Shown piece by piece: positions 48,670 through 57,090 of a stretch of DNA of 64,000 bases. Numbering within the stretch: position 1 is the stretch's first letter; every line of letters starts with the position of its first letter. Both the position numbers and the translations under genes were made by a program. This DNA comes from Candidatus Kaiserbacteria bacterium (lineage in GTDB: Bacteria > Patescibacteriota > Minisyncoccia > Phycocordibacterales > UBA918): positions 26,347 through 90,346 of the forward strand of contig JANPCG010000013.1 in NCBI GenBank assembly GCA_031430855.1, written 5' to 3'. The notes under the pieces were generated by a model. It did no database searches. It was not told where the DNA came from and saw only the letters and a list, made by a program, of their open reading frames with translations.

Positions 48670-49973
48670 TGAAGCTGCGTCCTTTTGAATTAGCGTTGGT
48701 GTGTATCTTTAGTGCGCTTATTCTCGTGGCGTTATATTTGATGGCCAACCCCAACATGAGCAACAATAAGCTTCCGCCCCAATTTGGTACTTCGGTCGTT
48801 ATTTGGGGTACTGAGCCACAGGCCGCCTTTCAAGCCGTGTTTGACGGGATTCAAGACGTTAATGAAGATTTTGAAGTAGTGTCCTACGTGCAAAAGGATG
48901 CGCGCACCTTTGATAATGAGGTTATTAATGCGCTAGCTGAAAATCGCGGTCCAGATATTCTTTTCCTACCCCACGAAAAACTCCTCCAGTATCGGAGCAA
49001 AATCCAACCCCTGTCTGAACAAACCCTTCCCGTGCCGGATTTTAAGCGAAATTTTATTGATGGATCCGAGATCTTTATTTTACCGGATGGTATCTATGCG
49101 TTCCCGGCAGCAGTTGATCCATTAGTGCTATACTTTAATCGCGATATCCTCAGTACCAAAAATTTTATCAACCCTCCGGCTACGTGGGAGTCAGTTGTCA
49201 ATGAGTTAGTTCCGAGTCTCGTTGAGCGTGATTTTGGGAGAAATATAATCCGAAGTCCGCTCGCGTTTGGGGAGTATCGTAACGTAACCAACGCCTTTGA
49301 CATAATCTCAATGCTATTTTTGCAGGGGGGGAGTGGGCTGGTTGTTCAAGTGGGAAATAACTACCGTATTCAACTCAATCAAAGTCTGAGTGGCATCGGG
49401 GTGCCGCTTCAAAATGCGGTCACGTTCTATACAAATTTTGCGAGTCCGAGTAACCCACTCTATAGTTGGAATCGGGCCCAAGGGAACGACCGAGAAGAAT
49501 TTTTAGGCGAGGAGCTTGCTTTGTACTTTGGCAAGGGGAGCGAAGCTCGTGATATTGCCGTTGATAATCCGAACCTAAATTTCGACATTGCCGAAGTACC
49601 ACAAGGAGCCGCCGCCACTGTCCGGCGTACGTATGGTACCGTATATGGCTTTACCTTATTGCGGTCAGCCCAGAATCCAGCTGGAGCAGTACAGACGATG
49701 TATGAACTGACCAAGCCAGCTAATAGCGTTCTCTTGGCCAATAATCTCACGATGGCGCCGGCTAGTCGCTCTGGATTAAGTAGTGGTTCAAATGATGAGT
49801 ATGGTAGAGTAATTTACAGCGCTGCAACTGTAGCGCGCGGCTGGCTCAACCCGGAACCGCAAGTAGCCAATGACATCTTTACACAAATGGTGGAGGATGT
49901 TCTCGCAAACCGAGCCCGGCCGAGCGATGCTGCAGTAGATGCGGTTGGACGGTTGCGTGATGTGTATAAATAG
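48666..49973 (+). CDS. Membrane-anchored extracellular solute-binding-protein-like protein
   Basis: N-terminal TM segment followed by an SBP_bac_1-like periplasmic domain pattern. Low certainty. Confidence 0.4.
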   Translation: MMKLRPFELALVCIFSALILVALYLMANPNMSNNKLPPQFGTSVVIWGTEPQAAFQAVFDGIQDVNEDFEVVSYVQKDARTFDNEVINALAENRGPDILFLPHEKLLQYRSKIQPLSEQTLPVPDFKRNFIDGSEIFILPDGIYAFPAAVDPLVLYFNRDILSTKNFINPPATWESVVNELVPSLVERDFGRNIIRSPLAFGEYRNVTNAFDIISMLFLQGGSGLVVQVGNNYRIQLNQSLSGIGVPLQNAVTFYTNFASPSNPLYSWNRAQGNDREEFLGEELALYFGKGSEARDIAVDNPNLNFDIAEVPQGAAATVRRTYGTVYGFTLLRSAQNPAGAVQTMYELTKPANSVLLANNLTMAPASRSGLSSGSNDEYGRVIYSAATVARGWLNPEPQVANDIFTQMVEDVLANRARPSDAAVDAVGRLRDVYK

Positions 49974-49974
49974 T

Positions 49975-50385
49975 ATGGTTAAAACATTTTTTTCAAAAAT
50001 TTATTTCTTAGGGCTACTAGCTCTGCTTTCTGTACAATCAGTATATGCACAAGGGACAGGTGGCGGTAGTGCAGGCAGTGGTGGTACTGGCGGTGGCGGC
50101 GCAGGCTCGGTACGAATGGAGAACTATCTCTCGGTAGATACTATTCAAGACCTACTTGTTGCAATTCTCAATATCGTTATTATTTTGATGATTCCAATCA
50201 TTGTGTTCTTTATCATTCTGGCTGGTTTCAAATACGTGACGGCGCGCGGTAACGCGTCCCAGGTCGAGGAAGCAACGCGAGCGCTTACCTATGCGATTAT
50301 CGGCGGCGTCTTAGTGCTTGGTGCGGTGGCTCTCAGTGAGATTATTGCAAACGTCGTTGGACAATTTTCTAATACTACTCCATGA
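49975..50385 (+). CDS. T4SS-pilin-like (TrbC/VirB2-like) small membrane protein, paralog 1
   Basis: Signal peptide, Gly-rich linker, then TM-loop(KYVTARGNASQVEEATR)-TM. Confidence 0.5.
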   Translation: MVKTFFSKIYFLGLLALLSVQSVYAQGTGGGSAGSGGTGGGGAGSVRMENYLSVDTIQDLLVAILNIVIILMIPIIVFFIILAGFKYVTARGNASQVEEATRALTYAIIGGVLVLGAVALSEIIANVVGQFSNTTP

Positions 50386-50642
50386 CCCCTTCAACTCCTA
50401 CTACTTTAGCAGAACTCGTAAACTTTATCATTGGTCTCATCAACCAGTTTATCCCGCTGTTAATTGCAATCACGTTTTTATTTATCGTGTGGAAACTGAT
50501 TGACGCCTGGATAATTCACGCTGATGATGAAACGCGGCGAAGTGATGGCAAAATGATTGCCTTTGTAGGCTTTGTGGTGGTTTTTATAATGATTAGTATC
50601 TGGGGAATCCTGTCGTTTCTTCAATCAACGTTGGCCGGCTAA
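50382..50642 (+). CDS. T4SS-pilin-like small membrane protein, paralog 2
   Basis: TM-loop(HADDETRRSDGK)-TM. Its start overlaps the paralog 1 stop. Confidence 0.45.
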   Translation: MTPSTPTTLAELVNFIIGLINQFIPLLIAITFLFIVWKLIDAWIIHADDETRRSDGKMIAFVGFVVVFIMISIWGILSFLQSTLAG

Positions 50643-50732
50643 AGTTGTACACAGCCCCCTAAAAACCCTTTATGGTAAACGTTTTTTAGTGTATACTGTA
50701 GGGAATTAATATTTTATTTAATTAATTACGTC

Positions 50733-51110
50733 ATGAAAAAAATTCTGTCATTATTAGGTGTATTTGCCCTCGCGGTTGTGCCTGCGATTACTTCAGCACA
50801 GATTGTGGACGGTTCTGCGGGTGATCTCGGAACAACCATCTCTGGTCTCGTTGATATTATCAATACGTATTTGATTCCGTTTGTTCTTGCCCTCGCTTTC
50901 CTCGTGTTTGTGTGGGGTATGTTCAAATTTTTTATCCTTGGCGGTGCCAATGATGAAGCGAAAGAATCAGGCAAGAGTTTGATTATCTATGCTTTGGCTG
51001 GATTTGTACTCATTGTTATCTTCTGGGGACTTGTTAACTTCTTGGTTGACCTCATCGGAGTTGATACGGCGGGACCAATTACACCACCGACAGGACCGAC
51101 GGTACCGTAA
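50733..51110 (+). CDS. T4SS-pilin-like small membrane protein, paralog 3
   Basis: Sec signal peptide (cleavage near AITSAQ), then TM-loop(GGANDEAKESGK)-TM and a Pro-rich tail. Confidence 0.5.
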   Translation: MKKILSLLGVFALAVVPAITSAQIVDGSAGDLGTTISGLVDIINTYLIPFVLALAFLVFVWGMFKFFILGGANDEAKESGKSLIIYALAGFVLIVIFWGLVNFLVDLIGVDTAGPITPPTGPTVP

Positions 51111-51146
51111 GCTGGTACGGCGAAGAATTCAAAAAAACTGCACAGG

Positions 51147-51524
51147 GTGCAGTTTTTTTGTGCTAGTTTCGCTGATATACTAAATACTATGATATTTACG
51201 ACCGCCTACGCTGCGAGCCCTGGAGCCGCCGAAACTGCCGAATTTGTTTTTCAGTTTAATGAAATTATTCTTTTCCCGGTAATTGTTTTGCTTACAACGA
51301 TTGCTCTTCTCGTCTTCCTTTATGGCTGTTTTATTTTTGTCGTCAATGCTGATAATCCATCTGGTCGAGAAGACGGAAGGCGGCATATCCTCTACGGTAT
51401 TATTGGTATGCTCGTGATGCTTATGGCGTACACGATCCTAACAGTAGCTGCCAACACTTTTGGACTAGATCGTGAATTAAATTGCGCTGATGATCCGACA
51501 TTAAGTGGCTGTTTTACCCCATAG
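51147..51524 (+). CDS. T4SS-pilin-like small membrane protein, paralog 4
   Basis: Signal-like N-terminus, then TM-loop(NADNPSGREDGRRH)-TM. Alternative start MIFTTAYAA at 51189. Confidence 0.45.
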   Translation: MQFFCASFADILNTMIFTTAYAASPGAAETAEFVFQFNEIILFPVIVLLTTIALLVFLYGCFIFVVNADNPSGREDGRRHILYGIIGMLVMLMAYTILTVAANTFGLDRELNCADDPTLSGCFTP

Positions 51525-51601
51525 TGTAAAAAAGAAACCCCCCGCTGGCCAAGATGGCACGTGCGGGGGGGGTTGAAGGTCCTTCGATTCGTCTGAAGAA
51601 C

Positions 51602-52564
51602 TTAAAGACAGCTGTTGCTACCAATCCGCCGTTCGGGGCTGATTACGACAACAGCTTCGCTGTCGTTGCGAAACCGGATCTGGTGTTGTTCTGGTTTCCA
51701 TCCCACCATCCACACGTTGTTCTTGTCTGCTGACAAGAGAGTAGGGTAGGGTCCACCAGTTACGTCCCAGTAGATGCAGCTGCCAATGAAATCGGTAATT
51801 GCAAGCGATTCTTGCCCCGGCTCGAGAGTAATCGGGGCGATGTATCCGTAAACCTTGCGGTCGACGGGTACATAGTTGGTTGTGGCTGAAGCGGGAGCAG
51901 AAACAGAGTCCCCGTCTTCTTTTCCTTCGAGCGTCTGGACGACCGATTCGGTCGCCCCGTCGATGACGGTGCCGACCCGAACGAGGGTGGGCGACGTGCT
52001 CGCGAGTGCCAAGAAGGCAACCCCGGCACAGTAGATCAGGACGCCACCAACGAGCCACTTGCCCGTGGTGATCCGGTAGAACTGCAGCAGTACCATCGCG
52101 GTGAGCGACGCTGCTGCTACATTGAAGAATGCACCAGGGCTGTTCGAGAAGGACCAGGTTGCGAGAAATCCCGCAATGATGAACCACCCGAGCAGCAATC
52201 CCCAGATGACCCGGCCAAGCATGGAAATGCCGCCAGCCATACCTTGCGAGATGTCGCGATCGTTGAGGAAGGCAGCAACACCACCAAGGGTGGTCGCGGC
52301 AGTAACGGCCCCAAGTGAGGTCGACACGGCCACGATTCCGATGGCGCCGAGGAAGAAGGGAATCAGGTTGATTCCCATCAAGCCGAAGACGTTCAGAATC
52401 CACATCACCAAGGTCACGATGACCAGGGCGATAAGGATGAAAGTGGTGAAGGCCATTCCCATGATGTTGGCGTGACCGATGGATTTCCTGATGTTTTGTC
52501 CAACTCCCGGACGGGGGTTGGACGCTACAACAAGTGCGGTGCCGGTACGAGGAGGAGTAGTCAT
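51602..52564 (-). CDS. Polytopic membrane protein with C-terminal extracytoplasmic domain, GC-rich (possible VirB6/TrbL-like)
   Basis: 320 aa with about 6 TM helices. GC content is well above the window average. It is convergent with the pilin-like array. Confidence 0.45.
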   Translation of the reverse strand: MTTPPRTGTALVVASNPRPGVGQNIRKSIGHANIMGMAFTTFILIALVIVTLVMWILNVFGLMGINLIPFFLGAIGIVAVSTSLGAVTAATTLGGVAAFLNDRDISQGMAGGISMLGRVIWGLLLGWFIIAGFLATWSFSNSPGAFFNVAAASLTAMVLLQFYRITTGKWLVGGVLIYCAGVAFLALASTSPTLVRVGTVIDGATESVVQTLEGKEDGDSVSAPASATTNYVPVDRKVYGYIAPITLEPGQESLAITDFIGSCIYWDVTGGPYPTLLSADKNNVWMVGWKPEQHQIRFRNDSEAVVVISPERRIGSNSCL

Positions 52565-52576
52565 TGGTGTTTCCTT

Positions 52577-53287
52577 TCAGAATGGATTGAAACGCGACAT
52601 GATGCGATAGAGGAACCCTTTGGGCTTCTCCTCGATCTTCTGTGCGTAATTGTTGATGTGTTGTTTGATACCTTCAGTCGGGTTGGCGCCGAGAATCCTC
52701 TTCTGCCAGTCCTCGATGGTGTCGATGTAGTCTTTTTCGCCCGGAGCGGGCATGCGTGGCAGTTGCGTCAAGTCGAAGTAGCTGAGCACCTTAAGGTAGC
52801 CCTCTTCTTCGTTTGGTGCGGTTTCAATCATCTCCACCACACTGATTATCCAATCCTTGGCGTGGTTTGTTTTGACCGAGAAAATCTGTTTGACCTCCTC
52901 GATCTTTTTCTGTTCGGCGTCTTTGGCGCCTGAAGTGACAGTTGTCTTCTTTTCACCAATCGAGACCTTTTGGTCCCAGCTGGTGATAAAGAGTCGCAGC
53001 TCTTTCAGTTTGCGCTCAGCTTTGATGGCACGCAGGCCAGTGTGCCCCTTATAGTTCTTGTTTATGAACCATCCCCAGCGAGCCAACACTTTTGGCTTGA
53101 GTTCAGAATGCAGCGTTTCAAGCTGGTGTTCGTCACCGTACCCTTTGCCAAAACCGCCAACGGCAGTTTCAGCTGCGCCAGCAGCCTTTTTGCCGAATAA
53201 TCCGGTTACCATGTCCCAGATGGAGTTTCCATGGGAGAGGGCAAGCATGCCTTCGGTCAGAAAGCCCTTAAACCGTTCGTTTGCCAT
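52577..53287 (-). CDS. Hypothetical protein, co-oriented and adjacent to the GC-rich membrane protein
   Basis: 236-aa ORF with no recognised motif. Confidence 0.4.
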   Translation of the reverse strand: MANERFKGFLTEGMLALSHGNSIWDMVTGLFGKKAAGAAETAVGGFGKGYGDEHQLETLHSELKPKVLARWGWFINKNYKGHTGLRAIKAERKLKELRLFITSWDQKVSIGEKKTTVTSGAKDAEQKKIEEVKQIFSVKTNHAKDWIISVVEMIETAPNEEEGYLKVLSYFDLTQLPRMPAPGEKDYIDTIEDWQKRILGANPTEGIKQHINNYAQKIEEKPKGFLYRIMSRFNPF

Positions 53288-53595
53288 GATATGGCTCCTT
53301 TGTGTTTATGTTGTCAACGAGCGAGACTCGTCGGTATGGTTGGGGTTTTCTGCAGTGGTACTTGTCCAGGCAGTAGTCGCCCCTTCTGCTACTATAATAG
53401 CATAAATAACTCTAAAAGTCAAGTTATGGGTAGCTAAACGAGCTATAAATAGCAACGTTAATTTGATGTTGTACATAACGTGAGCGACATGAGTACCGGC
53501 AAGACCTGTATAGAAGGCGAGGTTCTGCGTTAGTGATGAATATTGGAGTTGCGGTGCTGGTTACTGCGCGGTATCATTCCGGCACAATAGTTTAT

Positions 53596-54642
53596 ATGAA
53601 TCTCGAAACCCCAAGACAATTTCGTGATGCACGACCGCGCGATGAAAAGCGGGCTGCCATCTTGGCTGATGTGCGCACGCGTACGACGTTGTCGTTTTAC
53701 CGTTACGTAAAAATTACTGATCCGGTAGCGTTCCGCCTGCGACTGCTTAATGCGCTTGCCCAGTTTGAATGTCTGGGTCGTGTCTACGTCGCTCACGAGG
53801 GGATTAATGCTCAGATGAATGTGGTGAGCGAAAATTTTACTGCGCTTGATGCCTGGGTTCAGTCTCAGCCAGAATTGTCAGGGATATTGTATAAAATTGC
53901 CGTTGCAGAAAAGGATTTCTCTTCGTTCTATAAACTAACTATTAAAGTAAAGGAAAAGATTGTGGCTGATGGCCTTAATGATGCCAGTTTTGATGTCACG
54001 AACACTGGTGAGTACCTCACTGCCGCTGAGATGAATGAGTATATTGATGATCCAGATGCAATTGTCGTTGATATGCGGAATGCGTATGAGAGTGAAATTG
54101 GTCATTTTGTTGGTGCGGTTAAACCGGATGTTGATACCTTCCGCGAAGAATTAGCAATCGCGCCGTCTCTGTTGCGGGTCCATCAGAACAAAAAAATTGC
54201 CCTTTACTGTACCGGTGGAATACGATGCGAGAAGGCGAGTGCGTGGCTCAAGCATAATGGGTTTGAAAACGTGCGTCACCTCAAGGGTGGGATTATAGAC
54301 TATGCGCATCAAGTGAAAGAACAGGGGCTCGAGAATAAGTTCCTCGGTTCTAACTTTGTCTTTGATGAACGATTAGGAGAACGGGTAGGCGATGAAGTTA
54401 TTTCACACTGCCATTTGTGTAGCAAACAAAAAACGGATACCCACTATCACTGCAAAAATCAAATCTGCCACGTTTTGTTTCTTGGCTGTGATGATTGTGT
54501 AGCAAAGCGGCATGGCTATTGTTCTGGTCGGTGTGAAATGTCTGATAAATTACCGGTTAGTGTGAAAAAAGTATTTGCCCGATATTACAACCAGTATTTC
54601 CGCCGGCCGCAGTTCAAGAAAGCTCGATTTCGTGCCTTATAG
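53596..54642 (+). CDS. trhO: Rhodanese-domain tRNA uridine(34) hydroxylase TrhO (YceA/UPF0176)
   Basis: GRVYVAHEGINAQ, rhodanese loop CTGGIRCEKAS, C-terminal Cys cluster. Confidence 0.8.
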   Translation: MNLETPRQFRDARPRDEKRAAILADVRTRTTLSFYRYVKITDPVAFRLRLLNALAQFECLGRVYVAHEGINAQMNVVSENFTALDAWVQSQPELSGILYKIAVAEKDFSSFYKLTIKVKEKIVADGLNDASFDVTNTGEYLTAAEMNEYIDDPDAIVVDMRNAYESEIGHFVGAVKPDVDTFREELAIAPSLLRVHQNKKIALYCTGGIRCEKASAWLKHNGFENVRHLKGGIIDYAHQVKEQGLENKFLGSNFVFDERLGERVGDEVISHCHLCSKQKTDTHYHCKNQICHVLFLGCDDCVAKRHGYCSGRCEMSDKLPVSVKKVFARYYNQYFRRPQFKKARFRAL

Positions 54643-54676
54643 TCCTCAGGCTTGGTTGTGTTAGAGTAGAGATATT

Positions 54677-56191
54677 ATGGATACGAAAGGGTCTAATCCG
54701 AAGCGAATTACCTCTGTGTACTATGATGGGAGCTGTCCAATGTGTACGGCGTTTGTGGGAGCTACCGCGGCCAAAGACGAGACCTTATTTGCACTCCATG
54801 ATGTCATCATTGATTCACTGCCTGCAGACTTCACCAGAGAAGCGGTCCTGAAGGAAATGCATGTCGTTGGTGCCGATGGGACAGTATATACCAACGCCGA
54901 GGCGATACTGCAGATATTAGATACGGTGCAGTATTGGCGACGAATCACCTGGATTGGACGACTGCCGGTGGTGCGGAATGTATTGCCGGTGGGGTACGGT
55001 ATTGTGGCGCGTAACCGACACTTTATTTTCGGACCCGCGAGCCGGTTGTTTTGGGTGAAGAATGTCGCTTTGCTGGGGCTACTCTCCAGTATGGCGCTGT
55101 CGTTTCCTTTGTGGGTGCAAACGGATAGTATTGCAGCGGTACCTGTCTTTGGTCGACTTCCAATTCTCTCACCGTTAATTGAATGGGGAATGTATATAGG
55201 GGTGTTTTGTTTAGCCTTGGTTAGTTTGATTTCGCCTAGGCCACAGCGTTACTTGTGTGGACTATTGGGTATTGTGGCGGTATTTGTACTGTTTGATCAA
55301 TTGCGTCTTCAGCCATGGCTCTATCAGTATTGGTTTATGCTACTGCCACTTGCTGTGTATTCGTGGCAGTGGCGAGATAGGGTATCGACGAATGCGGTTC
55401 TCAATACCCTCCGGATTTTAATTGCGGGGATATATTTTTATAGTGGGCTACAGAAAATTAACCCAATGTTTTTCCAAGAGGTGTTTCCCTGGATGGTAGA
55501 ACCAATTGCCGCGTTTCTCCCGACCTCTCTTAATTTAATACCAGCGAGTTTTGGATTATTTGTCCCGTTTATTGAAATAGGGATTGGTATAGGATTGCTT
55601 ACAAAACGATTTAGGTTTGCTGCTTTGGTTGGAGTTATTTGCATGATGGTATTCGTTCTCATCACACTTGGACCTCTTGGTTATGGTTGGAATAGTGTCG
55701 TCTGGCCATGGAATTTAGCTATAGCGGCGTCAGCGTGGCTGTTGTATTACAAGACCGCTAATGTTTCTTTTAAAAACGTATTTAGAGTAAGGCACTTTCT
55801 GCCTCATAAAGTAATCATTTTACTTTTTCTTGTAATGCCTGCCTTCAGCTTTTTTGGGTATTGGGATTCGTACCCATCCTATTCGTTGTATTCGGGGAAC
55901 ATAACTGACGCCCAAGTATTCGTATCATCTAAATTGGTAAGTCCAGCTTTAGAAAATGCAGCGTTTTTAGCTTATGGTGGTATGGTCTGGATAGACCTCC
56001 AGACACTTTCGTTTAATGAACGTAATGTGCCGATGTATCCTGAGACAAGAATCTACACGAAAGTATTTGCTCAGCTATGTGAGACTGAGTTGCCAGTCAC
56101 GGCTGAACTCGTCGTGACGACCAAAACCACGTTGCTGCAACCCCAGAGAGAATTACGGTATAAGTGTGAAAATATGTTGAGTAGTGATTGA
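54677..56191 (+). CDS. DCC-family thiol-disulfide oxidoreductase (DUF393) fused to an HTTM-like polytopic membrane domain
   Basis: N-terminal VYYDGSCPMC (DCC motif), then ~10 TM helices rich in Trp and Tyr. Confidence 0.5.
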   Translation: MDTKGSNPKRITSVYYDGSCPMCTAFVGATAAKDETLFALHDVIIDSLPADFTREAVLKEMHVVGADGTVYTNAEAILQILDTVQYWRRITWIGRLPVVRNVLPVGYGIVARNRHFIFGPASRLFWVKNVALLGLLSSMALSFPLWVQTDSIAAVPVFGRLPILSPLIEWGMYIGVFCLALVSLISPRPQRYLCGLLGIVAVFVLFDQLRLQPWLYQYWFMLLPLAVYSWQWRDRVSTNAVLNTLRILIAGIYFYSGLQKINPMFFQEVFPWMVEPIAAFLPTSLNLIPASFGLFVPFIEIGIGIGLLTKRFRFAALVGVICMMVFVLITLGPLGYGWNSVVWPWNLAIAASAWLLYYKTANVSFKNVFRVRHFLPHKVIILLFLVMPAFSFFGYWDSYPSYSLYSGNITDAQVFVSSKLVSPALENAAFLAYGGMVWIDLQTLSFNERNVPMYPETRIYTKVFAQLCETELPVTAELVVTTKTTLLQPQRELRYKCENMLSSD

Positions 56192-56200
56192 GATAAATAT

Positions 56201-56236
56201 AAATAAATCCCTCATAAGAACGAGGGATTTATTTTT
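56201..56236. terminator. Bidirectional terminator
   Basis: aaataaatccctc-ataagaacg-agggatttattt. Confidence 0.55.
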
Positions 56237-56353
56237 ATGAGAGTAACACGAAGAGAGTGCGCGCGTGCGAGGTGACGGGGGCACCGCGCAAGACCATTTG
56301 AGCTTATTTTGACCGAAGGGAGTAAATGAGCCAAATGGTATACAGCTTCGGTA

Positions 56354-56386
56354 CGAAGAGGACTTGAATCTTACAGATTCTGTACA
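56354..56386 (-). repeat. Degenerate partial copy of the tRNA-Leu(TAG) 3' end plus covarying junction palindrome
   Basis: gaagaggacttgaatc, compared with the tRNA's gagaggacttgaacc. It is followed by TTACAGATTCTGTACA, forming GAATCT-TAC-AGATTC. Confidence 0.5.
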
Positions 56387-56432
56387 CCTTTTGGATATAT
56401 TCTCCCGCCGGTCGAATCTATCGCAAAAGGTT

Positions 56433-56485
56433 TTGAAACAGTTTCCCAAACTGTTTCAACCTCCACGGATTGCTCCATTAGTTCC
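56433..56485 (-). repeat. Perfect 12-bp hairpin plus a 28-nt exact copy of an internal tRNA-Leu(TAG) segment
   Basis: ttgaaacagttt-ccca-aactgtttcaa. aacctccacggattgctccattagttcc matches 56528-56555 exactly. Confidence 0.5.
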
Positions 56486-56509
56486 ATTTTGTTTGTAAAC
56501 CTTTCAAAG

Positions 56510-56591
56510 TGCGCGCGAGAGGACTTGAACCTCCACGGATTGCTCCATTAGTTCCTAAGACTAACGCGGCTACCAATTACGCCACACGCGC
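56510..56591 (-). tRNA. tRNA-Leu (anticodon TAG)
   Basis: Class-II tRNA. Acceptor GCGCGTG/CGCGCGC (one G-U pair), anticodon arm ttagt-ctTAGga-actaa, long variable arm, T-loop GGTTCAAGTCC. Confidence 0.85.
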
Positions 56592-56672
56592 ACTTTGAAA
56601 ACTTTACTGTGTCGACGAGTATAGCATGAAAATAGGGGTTTGCCAGGGTTGGTGGTCGCACCAAGATTCTGT

Positions 56673-56767
56673 GGTCACAGATAATTTCTTTCATAAATTT
56701 CCGCGACCCGAGAAACAGTGTTTAGACACTGTTTCTCCCACTGTCGCAGGGCGACATGTCTCCGTCT
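56673..56767 (+). repeat. Modular intergenic repeat, units A'(short)+B+C
   Basis: ggtcacagataatttctttcataaatttccgcgaccc + gagaaacagtgtttagacactgtttctcc + cactgtcgcagggcgacatgtctccgtct. Confidence 0.55.
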
Positions 56768-56780
56768 CGCACCAGAGCAC

Positions 56781-56845
56781 GTATCTGCCGCAGGGCAGAT
56801 ACCAAACAATAAATACCATTCATTTGAATGGTATTTTATTGTTTG
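56781..56845 (-). terminator. GCAG-loop hairpin plus 19-bp perfect hairpin terminator of tRNA-Lys
   Basis: gtatctgcc-GCAG-ggcagatac, then caaacaataaataccattc-attt-gaatggtattttattgtttg. Confidence 0.55.
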
Positions 56846-56848
56846 CTC

Positions 56849-56924
56849 TGGTGCGCCCTCAAGGATTCGAACCTTGGACCGTCTCCTTAAGAGGGAGCTA
56901 CTCTACCAACTGAGTTAAGGGCGC
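56849..56924 (-). tRNA. tRNA-Lys (anticodon CTT), CCA encoded
   Basis: Acceptor GCGCCCT/AGGGCGC, D-loop AGTTGGTA, anticodon loop ctCTTaa, T-loop GGTTCGAATCC, 3' ACCA. Confidence 0.8.
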
Positions 56925-57000
56925 ATTGCTATGTATTAGTACATACGACCCGGCGTTCTTAATGAGGGCAAAGTGCATGGGATGCAGTTTGCGCGACACT

Positions 57001-57020
57001 ACTGAGTTAAGGGTGCAATG
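57001..57020 (-). repeat. Partial copy of the tRNA-Lys 5' acceptor/D-arm segment
   Basis: actgagttaagggtgcaatg, compared with actgagttaagggcgcattg at 56909-56928 (18 of 20 identical). Confidence 0.45.
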
Positions 57021-57090
57021 TATTAAGTTGTGGGCCAAAGTGTACAAGATTATGACCAAATTAACAAGGTATTAGTAGGGGCGTGACTTG

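Noticed and set aside
51618-52403. Alternative-frame 261-aa Arg-rich ORF inside the GC-rich membrane-protein gene
   Set aside because: Same strand but different frame. Its Arg/Pro/Gly-rich composition is typical of out-of-frame translation of GC-rich DNA.
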